DNA from: Squalus acanthias | Lineage: Eukaryota | Length of the DNA: 64,000 bases | Assembly: GCA_030390025.1 (NCBI GenBank) | Contig: CM059452.1 | Coordinates: forward strand, 8,494,001 to 8,558,000 | Direction: 5' to 3' | Shown here: one piece after another, positions 13,996 through 27,280 of the stretch | Position numbering within the stretch: the stretch's first letter is position 1 | How the letters are laid out: each line of letters begins with the position of its first letter | Program-made: the position numbers and the translations under genes | Notes under the pieces: model-generated | Databases searched by the model: none | The model's input: the letters and a program-made list of their open reading frames with translations, nothing else | What the model was told of the DNA's origin: nothing

Positions 13996-14959
13996 AGTTT
14001 TTGTACCAGTGTCAAGTGTTCATGTAACGCGGTGCTACATAGCCGCGCAGTAATACACGGCGGAGTCAGACAGCTGGGTGTGTGTGATGTTCAAAGGGAT
14101 CTTTTTGTTCATTCTGTCCTGTACGGCAGAAAACCGCATTGTAAAGGCCGGTGCGTTCTCTTCATTCCCAGCAGTGTGTCTGACGAGCATATACTGCAGG
14201 CCTGTTCCCGAGTACTGTACATACCAGAATAGGTTAGCGGCTGTGTAGATGACGGGGTAGTTACAGGGCAACACCACAGTATCTCCTTCACTCACTGTTG
14301 CTAGTGAAGGCCCCTGAGAAAGGTTATCCTGCCGGCTGGGTTCTGGAAACAGAGTAAGAGGAGGTTATCAATAGAACATTTAGATATAAAGAGTTTTTCT
14401 ACTTTAGACCAAACACATAGTTGGACAACACACACAAACAGACATTCATACGCAGACACATACACCCAAACAACCACACAATCAAACACACATCTCCCTT
14501 CTGATTCAGCTGTTAACCGCACTGCCAATGCGAAACAGAATGGGAATGTCCAAAGCTTTCGCGCCTCATTTAGCTGATCGCAGGCTGTGGACGGTACAAT
14601 GGTCACAGTGTCTCGGAACATGTGGGTTAATCAGCCTGGGTCCCGTTCCCGCGGGAATATGCATCTCCGTGAATCTGCCGTGTTTACAGTGACCGGCCAT
14701 GTTGTGGCTATTTGGAATAATCTGCGGACACTCACTGACCGGGGGGCAAAACCCGAGGAACCGTACGTCAAAATGGCAGTGTTTTCAACAGTGGAGACAA
14801 TAAACATTAGAGGAGAAATATAACTACCATTAATAAACAAATGAACTATTACAATCTCATGAAATACCTACCCGGTAGAACAGTTAAGAGGAAAAGTAGC
14901 GCTTTGACGGGTACTGTTATGGTCCATAACGCACACTGGGAATAATGAGCCGTGGTCAT
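13996..14959 (-). CDS. TRAV/TRDV: TCR alpha/delta-type V segment 2: leader 14959-14872, V exon 14342-14035, 23-RSS 14034-13996
   Basis: Long leader MTTAHYSQCALWTITVPVKALLFLLTVLP(G) splices in phase to EPSRQDNLSQGPSLATVSEGDTVVLPC...FWYVQ...DSAVYYCAAM*; RSS CACCGCG-23bp-ACAAAAACT; TAG is the last codon before the heptamer. Confidence 0.9.
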
Positions 14960-15020
14960 GTTTTATTCCGTGTGCAAGTACTACACTGTACGGAAGTACA
15001 CGCTGCACATAAAAGAAGGT

Positions 15021-15089
15021 TATTATATTTAACTGCGGCATTTGCATTTACGTGGACATCAATACAGGATAAATGAGCAATATGCAAAT
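15021..15089 (-). promoter_or_regulatory. V2 promoter: TATA-like tract and two perfect octamers
   Basis: ATTTGCAT 15040-15047 and ATGCAAAT 15082-15089 (+ strand text); AT-rich tract 15021-15031; 60-130 bp upstream of the leader ATG. Confidence 0.55.
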
Positions 15090-15224
15090 CACGGCTGTCA
15101 GTTTTCTCTACTCGGCGTCTCCCAGAAACCGATAGGTTCGGTATTGGAAAGGGCGGGACAGCCAAACAAAGTGAAGAAACTAGAACCGCGAACACAATTC
15201 ACAACTACAGCCCAGCGCCAGCGT

Positions 15225-15913
15225 TGATGGACATAAATGGCCATTGTTATTTGAGGGACACCAATGACCATTGTTATTTGATGGACACCAATGATCATTG
15301 TTATTTGATGGACACCAATGACCATTGTTATTTGATGGACACCAATGATCATTGTTATTTGATGGACACCAATGACCATTGTTATTTGATGGACACCAAT
15401 GACCATTGTTACTTGATGGACACCAATGACCATTGTTATTTGATGTACACCAATAACCATTGTTATTTGATGGACACTAATCTCCATTGTTATTTGATGG
15501 ACACCAATGACCATTGTTATTTGATGGGCGCCAATGACCATTGTTATTTGATGGACACCAATGACCATTGTTATTTGATGGACACCAATGACCATTGTTA
15601 TTTGATGGACACCAATGACCATAGTTGTTTGATGGACATCAATGACCATTGTTATTTGATGTGCGCCAATGACCATTGTTATTTGATGGACACCAATCAC
15701 CATTGTTATTTGATGGACACCAATGACCATTGTTATTTGATGGACACCAATAACCATTGTTATTTGATGGACACCAATGACCACTGTTATTTGATGGACA
15801 CCAATGACCATTGTTATTTGATGGACACTAATCAACATTGTTATTTGATGGACACCAATGACCATTGTTATTTGATGGACACTAATCACCATTGTTATTT
15901 GATGGGCACCAAT
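15225..15913. repeat. 27-bp minisatellite, about 25 copies
   Basis: Unit ATGGACACCAATGACCATTGTTATTTG. Confidence 0.97.
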
Positions 15914-17942
15914 GTCCTTTTTATATATCTGTATCTTCATATTGAGAACTTCAGTTGGGTCCCACATGTGCCTTTCTTCCTCTGCTTTAGCTGCTGATTC
16001 TATCTACAAAAGTTTCCGGCTCTTCCAGCCCCATTCGGTACCTCAGCGAGACTCGATGGTGAGATTGGACCATGTAGCTGATCAAAGGTGAGTCCAAACT
16101 TCTCCTCACTCCTGATTCACACTTAGAGTGATAGTAAGATAGCGATCGGGAGCAGGATCTCCGGCTGATTGATCCCCGATCTAACGTGGAAATGGAGGGT
16201 TGACACCCACTGTAACCGCTCCATCGCTCACTCAGTACAGACCGGCAACTTCTTCTATAACTTTCCTGGCTGCATTTGGTAGCACCAGTTGGCACATTTA
16301 CTCACTGATTCATGGGGTCTTTTTCTCTCTACAGTATGCTTTTTGTTCCCAGCTTTAAATACTTCTAACATTTTTCACAATGTAAATTATCAAAGGTATT
16401 GTCAGTCACACTGATGCGTTTTGTATTATCGTTACCAAACAGGATCTTCGCCTATCTGAGCGCTGTTACTTCCCACAGTTTGCATATTTATGTATCTTTA
16501 CGCTGCATTTTGATTTACGCTATAACTTGTCTGTTCATCCAGCTATAATCTGATAGAACTGAACGGGAAACGGCCAACCCAGAGCAGAGGTACATGGAAA
16601 GGGAGTGTTAGTATAATCTAACAGAACTGAACGGGAAACGGCCAACCCAGAGCACAGGGAAGTGGACGCAGAGCACCGCAATAACTAAACTTGAGGAAAT
16701 CTTTGCTGTACAAATATCACTGTTACTATTTTAGTCAAGCATTGTTGCCATAATGTTAAATGGTAGGAAATGCAATACAGCAAACTATCAATCTCATTAC
16801 AGTAACACGCTGCCATCTAGTGGCTCGCAGTAGAAATTGACGCAAAATTCCGAATAATTGAGCAGCGGTATATAGGGAAGTGGACCTAATATGGGATTAG
16901 CAGCAGTCCCGTGGAACCTTGCGGAAATTGAGAGCGTTAATACTAAGAACCGTGGGTACTTCAGAAAGTTGTGCTAGAAAAAAAGACATTTTCACAGGTA
17001 GCAGCTGGTTCCAATTAGAGTCCAGAGAACGGGCACACCCAAGTTTTACAAAAATACAAAGAGAAAGTGCTAGAAATACTCAGCAGGTGAGGCAGCATCT
17101 GTGGAGAGAGAATCAGAGTTAACGTTTCAGGTCGCTGACCTTTCGTCAGAAGTTTTACACGGTTTAATGAAGAAATGTTGAGTGACCAAGATAGGAAGTA
17201 TCTGGGATAAGTAATGGAAAGCAGTGCTTTATATCTAATGTCTTGTTGCCTTAACTTTATGTGAGAAAAAGTCAAAGGAGTTTCACAGCTTATGAGCAAG
17301 GCTGGCTCAATATAAATTTTTGACGTATGATTAGCGATTGACAAAATAGTATCTCACAATACAACGGATCACTTCCGTTGGGCAGATATGGGAATAGACG
17401 AGAAAGGGGGATCGTTCTTTTAAAATTAATTTATATGTTATAGTATTTTTGACACCTAAAGCAGACAGGTTTTGAGGGAGAAAGAAGGTGACAGGTGCTC
17501 ATAAATGTTTAAATATTTCTAGAGATGTATTCAGAGGTTTAAAGAAAGGAACAGTTTGTGAATCGGAGTTTCTTAGTTAATACACTGTTAAGAGTGAGAC
17601 TTAAAGTTTGAGTTGTCCAACCAGTTGCCGGTAATGTTTTAAGTGAACCATTGGGATTGTAAAAGTGACGTTTCTGAGAACAGACGGCAAGTTCGGTCCA
17701 CCCGGGAGAAAGGAACTGGCGGGAGAAAGAAGAAATACTACAGCTGCAGACCAGGCCGAACTAGAGGTGACCACGAGTGACCAGAGGGAGGCGGGTCAGC
17801 CAACTCTAGCACTGCGGAATCGGAAGGAGGATGTTCTATGAGATCACGCAGTCCTACTGTTAAAGCTACAAGCTTGGAAGCAATATGCTGAACTTTACAC
17901 ATATTGTGTGGATTTGTTATTCGAATTTATTACGAATACGAA

Positions 17943-18680
17943 GGACGCGATTTCGCCAGCCAAGGCGAGTCCGGTGCGGCCTGAGTAGAAAGCGTCCGCA
18001 AAAACCACACCCGTCGTCATCCCACCTCTTCCAAGTGATTTTGCTCTGACTGAGCTTGTCAAGCCCGCCCTGCGAGGTTCCCGGCAAATTAAAATGAAGC
18101 GGGTCTGATGACGTCATCTGTTGACGCATCATCAGCCGGTTTCCTCAAAGGGGTCATGCCCACAATTGATATAAACAGTTCTGCTGTCAGTGTTCTACAG
18201 CGCTGATGTGCGGCAAACACTGACAAGCACTGCACAAAGGTGCACGGCTGCACCCAGGTTCCCTCCATATGCTTATGGAGGGAGTCACAGCACGCAAGCA
18301 GGTTCTCTACCCTTCCAATGGGTGGATGAGTCCTCCCCAGGAGACCAACGCAGCCTGGTTTCACATTGCACTCAAGGGCATAAGCAGGGATGTCGTGAGG
18401 AGGACCAGGCTGCAGTGGCACAAACCTTTCAATGATCCCAGTAGATCACGAAACGTTACTGCCAAGCCACAGTCAACCTCATCCTGCTGTGCCACTCATC
18501 ACATCCCCATCACTCTGCCTTCCCTACCCTACTCCTACACATCGTTACTCACACAATCTTACCTTGCACCTCCACCCATCCCTCTCTATCTATCTTAACA
18601 CTGCCCCATCTCACTAGCCACCCCTCACACTCACCCTCAACGTGGTCCAATCATACCAACTAACAACTCATAAGTGTAGG
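17943..18680 (+). mobile_element. Harbinger-type transposon fragment with Myb/SANT-like ORF relic
   Basis: APRF...LMEGVTARKQVLYP...AAWFHIA...VVRRTRLQWHKPFND; left end GGACGCGATTTC matches the TIR of 20327-22089. Confidence 0.7.
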
Positions 18681-18689
18681 CACTTTACC

Positions 18690-19686
18690 TCTGTTGTCAT
18701 CCAAGGATCTGTCCTGGGCCGCCTCCTATTTCTCATCTACATGCTCCCCCTTGGCGACATCAGCCGAAAACACAACGTCAATTCCCACATGTTCGCTGAC
18801 GACACCCAGCTCTACCTCTCTTCTCTCGACCCCTCCACGATCTCTAAATTGTGAGACTGCTTCTCCGACATACAGTTCTGGATGAGCAGAAATTTTCCCC
18901 AATTAAATATTGGGAAGACCGAAGCCATTGTTTTCAGTCCCCGCCACAAACTCCGTTCCCTAGTCACTAATTAACCCTCTCCCTGTCATCTGTCTGAGGC
19001 AAAACCACAATGTTCGCAAACTTGGTATCATATTTGATCCTGAAATGAGCTTCCGAACACATATCCACAGCATAACTAAGACCGCCTATTTCCACCTCCG
19101 TAACATCGGCCGTCTCCGCCCTTGCCTCAGCTCATCCGCTGCTGAAACCCTCATCCATGCCTATGTTACCTCCAGTTTTGACTATTACAACGCACTCCTG
19201 GCTGGCCGCCCACATTCTACCCTAAGTAAACTTGAGGTGATCCAAAACTCGGCTGCCCGTGTCCGAACTCGCACCAAGTCCTGTTCGCCCATCACCCCTG
19301 TGCTCGCTGACCTACATTGGCTTCCAGTTAAGCAACGCCTCGATTTAAAAATTCATATCCTGAAGGAGATTACAGAGATAGGGACGGTCGAGGCCAAATC
19401 CCTCCATGGCTTAGACTATCCCTATCTGTGTAATCTCATTCAGCCCCACAACAACCACCTATCCCCGCCCCCGAGATAAATTCCCTAATTAAACATCTCT
19501 GCCTCGCTACCTCTCCTTCCTCCTTTAAGACGCTCCTTAAAACCTACATCTTTGACCAAGTTACCTGCCCCAATATCTCCTTATGTGGCTCAGTGTCAAA
19601 CTGTTTGTCTTTTAATACTCCTGTGAAGCGCCTTGGGACGTTTTACTACGCTAAAGGCGCTATACAAATACAAGTTGTTGTTGTTG
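18690..19686 (+). mobile_element. L2-clade LINE 3' part
   Basis: QGSVLG...FADDTQLY...AYFHLRNI...LADLHWLPV; (TTG)n tail. Confidence 0.88.
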
Positions 19687-19739
19687 TGGCTTTAAACAGA
19701 TGAAACCCTGTGGTGTGGAGCAAACATTTCAACATTTGG

Positions 19740-20310
19740 TAGTGAAATGGATTGATTCAGGACAGACAGCAGGGATTATTTCAGGAAATAACACAGTGTG
19801 GTGAGAAAGGAAATGCAGTGGACGTTGTGGAGATTGATTGTCAAAAGAATTTTGATAAGGTGCCGGAGAGGGGGCTTATTGATAAAAGTAAGATTCACGG
19901 TATTAAAGGGAGTGGAGCAGCGCGGATAGTAAGTGGGGTAAAAGGGCAGAAAACAGAGAGTAGTGGGTAATGGATGTTCTTCAGATTGGAGGGATGTAAA
20001 CAGTGGTGTCCCCCAGGGTCAGTGTTGGGACCATTGCTCTTCTCAATATAGAGACATGATCTGGGCTTGGGTATATGGGGCAAGATAAAAATATCTAGAT
20101 GACACCAAAAAGGGACTATGGCCAAATGTGAAAGGCCTGTCAGTGACTTTAGTGTGAATACACAGGTTATTAAATTGGACAGGGATTTGGCAGATGAAAT
20201 GTAACGCCGAGAAATGTGAGGTGATAGATTTAGGAGGAAGAAAACTGCAGGAAATGTGCATGAAATGGTAAAACTTTGAAAGGAGTAGAGGAGCAGAGAG
20301 GTATGTAACA
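19740..20310 (+). mobile_element. Degenerate CR1 RT fragment
   Basis: VDVVxIDCQKNFDKVP; gtcccccagggtcagtgttggga (PQGSVLG). Confidence 0.7.
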
Positions 20311-20326
20311 TTCTAGCTCACACCTT

Positions 20327-22089
20327 GGCCGGAATTTTGCCGGCGCTCAGAGTGCGGGTTTGGAGGCGGGTCAGCTGTCAAAATCACAAAGATTGAAAGC
20401 GGGCCGGTATCCCGCTGTAAACCCGCCTCCTTATCATTTCCCAAGTGTCGGGTCTGTCATCTCTGAACAGACCCGACACCAAGCGGCGGGTCAGCCAAGT
20501 TAGATACTTATAAGCTTGTTAAAAGGTAGTTAAGAACCATTTTCCCATGTACTTACCATTTTGCCAGGTTTTTAATGAGGTTCCCGGAGAGCGGCTATCA
20601 AGTCAGGTAAGCATGTTGTGTTCTCAATGACTGTGGATTGCTGTGAACAGGTGACAGCTGCAAAAGTGGTACAAAACCTACCATTTCACAGCTGTTCACT
20701 TTCCAATGTTAGAAGCTGGAGCCTTCATGATTTGGAACCCACTTTTGAGCTTTATGCAGTTTGGAATTGTTTGGAGTAAACTCTCTATCCACTGTCACCT
20801 CCTTGGAACAAGCTCTCTCACCATTGACAGATTACTTCTGTCATCTCAACTTCAGCTGCCATCTATTTCAGCATAATCGGTGCCCTTGAAAAAATCTCAG
20901 CTGTGTCCTCAGAATCCCACCACGATCAGCCCCTCCACCAACATCACCAGGCACACCAGCACGACCAATAACAGCACCAACCTTCTCAGCAATCACCTGA
21001 TGCTGCACAGGCCACAGGGCATCAACACCCGACTACGTTGCTGCCCGGGACGCCAGCGATGGCCCCACCATGATTTACTTCACTTGATGCTATACACCCT
21101 GGCTGCCACAAGAAGAGCCAAGTTGGCACCATCTCATAAAAGCACCAAAAAGCATCCCAACAAAGTCCAAGCCATTCCTTTCACACTCATCACCATTGCA
21201 GGGGGGTGGGGCTCCCCTTACACCGCGCCATTCACTGGAACGTACTAAGCCAAAGGCGCCTACAAATCTTTCAAAGAACGTAAAGTGTTGTAAATAAAGA
21301 CTTCAATTTTTGACAGAACATTAGCAGAAACTACACATGAAAATTGGCTAAACCACCCAAGTGCCAACCCTTGTGTGTTCTTAGTTGGTAGGATGAGGGC
21401 GAGTGTGAGGGGTGACTAGTGAGATGGGGAAGTGATAATGTAGATAGAGAGGGATGGGTGGAGGCACAAGGTAATTTGGTGTGAGTAAGGATGTGCAGGA
21501 GTAGGGTAAGGAAGGCAGAGTGATGGGGATGTGGTGAGTGGCACAGAAGGTTGAGGTTGAGTGTGGCTTGGCATTAACCTTTCGTGATCTACTGCGATCA
21601 TTGAAAGGTTTGCACCACTGCAGCCAGGTACTCCTGACGACATCCTTGCTTGTGCCCTCCTGTGCAATGTGCAACAAGGCTGCGTTGCTCTCCTGGTGAG
21701 GTCTCTTCTGCCCATTGAAAGGGAAGAGAACCTCGCCGCGTGCTGTGACCCCCTCCATAAGCACATGGAGGGAGTCATGGAAGAGCCTTGGTGCAGCCGT
21801 GCACCTTTGTGCAGTGCTTGTCAGTGTTTGCAACACCTGAATGCTAACAGCACCACTGTCAAAATGATTGTGGACGTCGTCCCTTTAAGGAAACCGCCAG
21901 ATCACGTGTCATCAAATGACGTAATCAAACTCGCTTCCTTTTAATTGGCTGGAACCTCGCAGGGCGGGATTAACAAGCCCAATCGACGGAAAATTCTTCT
22001 CACAGAGCGGGATGGAGCCGGAAGCGGGGTCGCAACACACCACCTACCTCGGTCTCATTGAGCCTGACACGGTAGGTGAAATCGCGGCC
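20327..22089 (-). mobile_element. Internally deleted Harbinger-type transposon with Myb/SANT-like ORF relic
   Basis: Imperfect TIRs GGCCGGAATTTT / GAAATCGCGGCC; APRLFHDSLHVLMEGV...WLQWCKPFND; inverted relative to 17943-18680. Confidence 0.72.
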
Positions 22090-22387
22090 TCCGTGTGCGC
22101 TATTTTCAGTTGTTCCTCGTAACCAGCTGTGAGTAAATGAACCCAGTGGACATTAGGACCCTGCGGCAGCCTATCCGGCGATGCTGTGAGGTCACTGTTC
22201 CAGGCTATGTCACACAATCAGTCTGTCACGTGAAAGCTCAATAGAAAATACTGCAGGAAAAACAATCCATAACATTAAAAACTATGAGCAACTGGCACAG
22301 GATAACATAAGTGTGAATTAGTAAACTTTAACAGCACAGAGTTTGTCACTGAGTAGTGCAAAATGCAATGCATATTGCTCACCTTTA

Positions 22388-24040
22388 CAAGAAAATAAGA
22401 AAAAGAGCAGGAGTAGGCCATTTGTTCCCTCGAGCCTGCTCCGCCATTTAATGAGATCATGGCTGATCTGATCTTGGGCTCAGCTCCATTTCCCTGCCCG
22501 CTCCCCATAACCCTTCACTCCCTTATTGTTCAAAAATCTGTCTATCTCCACTTTAAATATATTCAATGACCCAGCCTCCACAGCTCTCTGGGTCAGAGAA
22601 TTCCACAGATTTACGACCCTCTGAGAGAAGAAATTCCTCCTCAACTCAGTTTTAAATGGGCGACTTCTTATTCTGAAACTGTGCCCCCGAGTTCTAGATT
22701 CCCCATGAGGTGAAACATCCTCTCTGATCTACCTTATCGAGCCCCTCAGTATCTTATATGTATCAACATGATCACCTCTCATTCTTCTAAACTCCAATGA
22801 GTATAGGACCAAGCTGCTCAACCTTTCTTCATAAATCAACCCCTTCATCTCTAGAATCAACCTCGTGAAACTTCTCTGAACTGCATTCAATGCAAATATA
22901 TCCCTCCTTAAATAAGGAGACCAAAACTGTACGCAGTACTCCAGGTATGGTCTCACCAATGCCCTGTACAGTTGTAGCAGGAGCTCCCTGCTTTTATACT
23001 CCAACCCCCTTGCAATAAAGGCCAACATTCCATTTGCCTTGATGATTACTTGCTGTACCTGCATGCTAACGTTTTGTGTTTCACGCAGAAGGACCCCCAG
23101 GTCCCTCTGAACTGTAGCATTTTGTAATCTCTCTCCATTTAAATAATAATTTGCTTTTTTATTTTTCCTACCAAAGTGGATAACCTCACACTTTTCCACA
23201 TTATACTCCAATGATTTCCCACTCACTCAGCCTGTCTATATCCCTTTGCAGATTATTTGTGTCCTCTACACAACTTGCTTTCCCACCTATCTTTGTATCA
23301 TCAGCAAATTTGGCTACATTACACTCGGTCCCTTCATACAATTCATTAATATAGATTGTAAATAGTTGGGGCCCCAGCACTGATCGCTGTGGCATCGAAC
23401 AAGTTACCGTTTGCCACCCGGAAAATGACCAATTTATCCCGAGTCTCTGCTTTCTGTTAGTTAGTCAATGCTCTATCCATGCTAATACATTTTTTCCAAC
23501 TCCGTGAGCTCTTATCTTGTGCAATAACCTTTTATCTGGCACCTTATCGAATGCCTTCTGGAAAACCAAATACACCACATCCACTAGTTCCCCTTAATCC
23601 ACCTTGCTCGTTACATCCTTAAAGAACTGCAGCAAATTTGTCAAACATGATTTCCCTTTCATAAAATCATGCTAACTCTGCTTGACTGGATTATGATTTT
23701 CTAAATGTCCTGCTACTGCTTCCTTAATAAAGGAAGCCAGCATTTTCCCAATGACAGATGTTATGCTAACTGGTTTATAGTATCCTGCTTTCTGCCTCCC
23801 TCCGTTCTTAAATAGGGGCGTTACATTTGTGGTTTTCCAAGCCGCTGGGACCTCTCCAGATCCAGGGAATTTTGGTAGATTGCAACCAATTCATCCACTA
23901 TCTCTGCAGCCACCTCTTTTAAGACCCGAGGAGGCAGGCCATCAGGTCCAGGGCACTAGTCCACCTTTAGTCCCATTATTTTACCGAGTACTTTTTCTTT
24001 AGTGATAGTGACTGTTTTAAGTTCCCCCCTCCCTGTAGCC
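22388..24040 (-). mobile_element. 5'-truncated CR1 LINE
   Basis: PQxSVLGPQLFTIYIN...KFADDTK...LEYCVQFWSPY; 3' tail near 22390. Confidence 0.92.
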
Positions 24041-24314
24041 CCTTGAGTATTTATTATTAGTCCTGTTCCTCAATCCCAGTTCATCTCTGGGAGATTGTTC
24101 CAAGATTCACCCCATCCTTTCAACACAAATATTACCGACAAAATACCCGATCAATTAGAAATTGCACGCAGCAGCTGATACCTATTAACAGGACTAAACA
24201 ACTGTTTCCATCCAAAAAAGTATTGCATCCTGCCACCCACTCACATATATATCTTTATTTATATTAATACCTATCTATCCATTTAACAGAGAAATAGTCT
24301 AGAACAGTGATAGC

Positions 24315-24760
24315 TGAGACAGGGCCTAGTGTAATATAAACAGAGACAGGGTTTAGTGTATATAAACAGAGACAGTGTCTAGTGTAATATTAAAGAGACA
24401 GGGTCTAGAGTAATATAAACAGAGACAGGGTCTGGTGTAATATAAATAGAGAGAGGGCCTAGTGTAATATAAACAGAGACAGGGTTTAGTGTAATATAAA
24501 CAGAGAGCGTGCCGAGTGTAATATAAACAGGGACAGGGTTTAGTGTAATATAAACAGAGACAGGGCCCAGTGTAATATAAACAGAGACAGGGTCTCATGT
24601 AATATAAACAGAGACAGCGTCTAGTGCAGTAATAAATGAGACAGGGTCTAATGTAATATAAACAGAGACAGGTTCTAGTGCAGTTATAATTGAGGCAGGC
24701 TGTAGTGTAATATAAATAGAGACAGGGCCTAGTGTAATAAAAACAGGGACAGGTTGTAGC
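24315..24760. repeat. 27-bp minisatellite, about 16 copies
   Basis: Unit AGTGTAATATAAACAGAGACAGGGTCT. Confidence 0.95.
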
Positions 24761-25326
24761 GTATTCATAACTGAGGCAGCATCTGTTCAGTATGATGCAA
24801 ACAATCGAGTTTCGCTGCCACCTGGTGACCAAGTTTTGCCATTGCTCCTATTGGGAAACTGATGATATCAGTTACTGTTTCTGATATTAATATATCAAGA
24901 AGAACCTTGCATTGATGTACCACCTCATCACATTCTGCGGGAGCTCCCAAAGGATTTAAAGTGCAATTAATTACAGGTGAACGTGGCCGATTCGCGCTCA
25001 GAATGATAAGCAAAAGAGCAAAGTGGCTCGATTCCTGTTAATTTATTTCTGTTGAACTTGGTTGAAGGGAGGAGTGTTGTCCCGGAAACACTGTGGGGCC
25101 ATGGAAGCTTTAATGTCCACCTCAACAGACAAGGTGCGGCGGGCGGGGAGAGATTATTGGTTCAGGAAAGATAGTTCCTTTTCATTGCTGCAGCGATTGG
25201 ACACCAAGTTAATGTGCTCAGGTGCTGAAGTTGAGTTGAAGTCCACAATCTACTGATTCTGAAACCAGAGTATAGTCACTTTAGCCAAGCTGTTACTAAA
25301 ATGCTTAATGCGCTCAGGTGATATAT

Positions 25327-26633
25327 TGGCCCAAAAATTCGGCTGAATACGGGAGAGTACGAACTGTGCACTCTCGCCTATTCGGTCCCGAAGTGCCGGT
25401 TTCCTGCATGCACTGCGCATGCGCGGCAAACTGGCACTTCCGGTATGGCGATGGGGCAGATCCTAAGTGAACCGCGTGCACAGTACAGGCTGTGCGCACG
25501 CAGCACACTTAGGTTTTTTTTCAGGTTTCAACGCGAAGGTGAGTATGGAAGATTTTACACATGAAGAAAGGAGGCGTAAGACCCCCTTTTAACAAGCTAA
25601 GTAATTAATTAAGTATTATTTTAAATTATTTTCAACAGGTTTATCTTTTTTAGAGACTTTAAAGAAAGGTAAGTTTATTTTTATAACTTTTAAAAAGATT
25701 TTAAATTTTTTCAAAAATTTTAATTTTTGTTTATACTGGTTAATTTATTTAACTATAGTTATTTTATTAATGTGATGGTTTTTAAAAAAAAATATTTGAG
25801 GTTTAGCTGTTCTTTTGGGGGCAATTTGTATTCATAGTTTTGACAGTTCTCCTGTCAAATCTATGAATGAAAGATGGTGTGCTGCCATTGGCTCTCCATG
25901 GCCCACGTGATCCCAGAGATCGCATCGAACTAACTGCGCCTCTGGGACACGCACACACTGCGCGCCGGCACCAGGGAGAGGCCCAGGACCCGAAGTTCGT
26001 GTGGGCCCTGTCGAAGTTTCGACTTCCGAGTAAGACTCTTTAAACAATATCGTCAAAGAAGGCTTTATTATTATATTTTACTTGCAAGGAGAATGCAACC
26101 ATAGCCAAATTCGCTACGATGACAGACTGCCAAATCACAGAAAATGGAGTATTCTTATACACTGATAATACAATCTTTCCATATCACATGACATGTTGTT
26201 TAAGGTAAGCTAAGTTAAAAGTTAAAAAACATAGAAATGCCTTACGGTGAGACTAACTAATCTCTACAAAATGGAGTCTATCTATCTGTTCTTCTCTCAC
26301 CAAGGCCAAGGCGCCTGGTTTGTTTACTTCACTAGCCCTTGGTTATCTCAATTTAATTAGGAAAAGCCTGTTGTTTCTTTGTGCTAGCAGACTTTGCTGA
26401 CAGCATAGTCTGAAACTTTAAATACATTTTCATGAGAAACATAAGAACGGATTCTTGCTTTCCAAACAAGTCAGAGTCGGCCATTTTGTATCATTCTTTG
26501 TTCAAGGAAGCCATTTTGTGTCCAAGACAAAAACTGCACTTCCACAGCCCGAAACACAACGGCAGGCGCGGTAGGTAAGATCGCGCGCGATCCTTACCCC
26601 CGCTGCAAGCCTCCGAGACAAATTTCTGGGCCA
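25327..26633. mobile_element. MITE copy 2, interrupted by a solo LTR
   Basis: Colinear with 2926-3697 except for the 26009-26546 insert. Confidence 0.82.
26009..26546 (-). mobile_element. Solo LTR, 538 bp
   Basis: TGTCGAAG...CTTCCACA termini; 4-bp TSD GCCC; minus-strand AATAAA ~26064; empty site seen in MITE copy 1. Confidence 0.85.
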
Positions 26634-26759
26634 TTATATCCAGTATTTTGAAATAACATCGGTTATTACCGTTGCCATTAAGCATCCACAGCCTAATATC
26701 ACAAATCGTAACTTCAAGATTTCAATTGCAAAACTTTTGATTAATGCAATTGAAATTCA

Positions 26760-27280
26760 CAGAATCATGGGATCTTACGGCACAGAAGGAGGCCACTCGG
26801 CCCATCGTGCCTGTGCCTATTACAGCTCTGTGAATGAGCTTTCTAATTACTTCCACTCTCCTGTTCTGTCTCCAAAGCCCCGCGAACGTTTCCTTTCAAG
26901 TATTTATCCAATTCCATTTTGAAAGATACTGTGGAATCTGTTTCCGCGACCCTTTCAGGCATTGCAATCCAGATCATAACAACTCGCTGCGTAAAAAAAT
27001 CTCCTCATATCCCCGCTGTTTTTTTGCCAATTATCTTAAATCTGTGTCCCCTGGTTACCGACACTCCTGCCAGAGGAAACAATATCTCACTATCAACTCT
27101 ATGAAAAAACTTCATGATTTTGAACACCTCTATTAAATTCCCTTTAACTTCATCTGCTCTAAGGAGAACAACCCCAGCTTCTCCAGTCTCTCCACAAAAC
27201 TGAAGTTCCTCATCCCTGGTATAATTCTAGTAAATCTCCTCTGCACCCTCTCCAAGACTTTGACATCCTTCCAAATGTGT
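26760..27280 (-). mobile_element. CR1 3' fragment
   Basis: KDVKVLERVQRRFTR...RLEKLGLFSLEQ. Confidence 0.8.

Noticed and set aside
15098-15997. Long ORFs on both strands (289 and 257 aa)
   Set aside because: Translations of a 27-bp minisatellite; no splice context or domain.
24353-24832. Cys/Tyr-rich 159-aa ORF
   Set aside because: Translation of a 27-bp tandem repeat.
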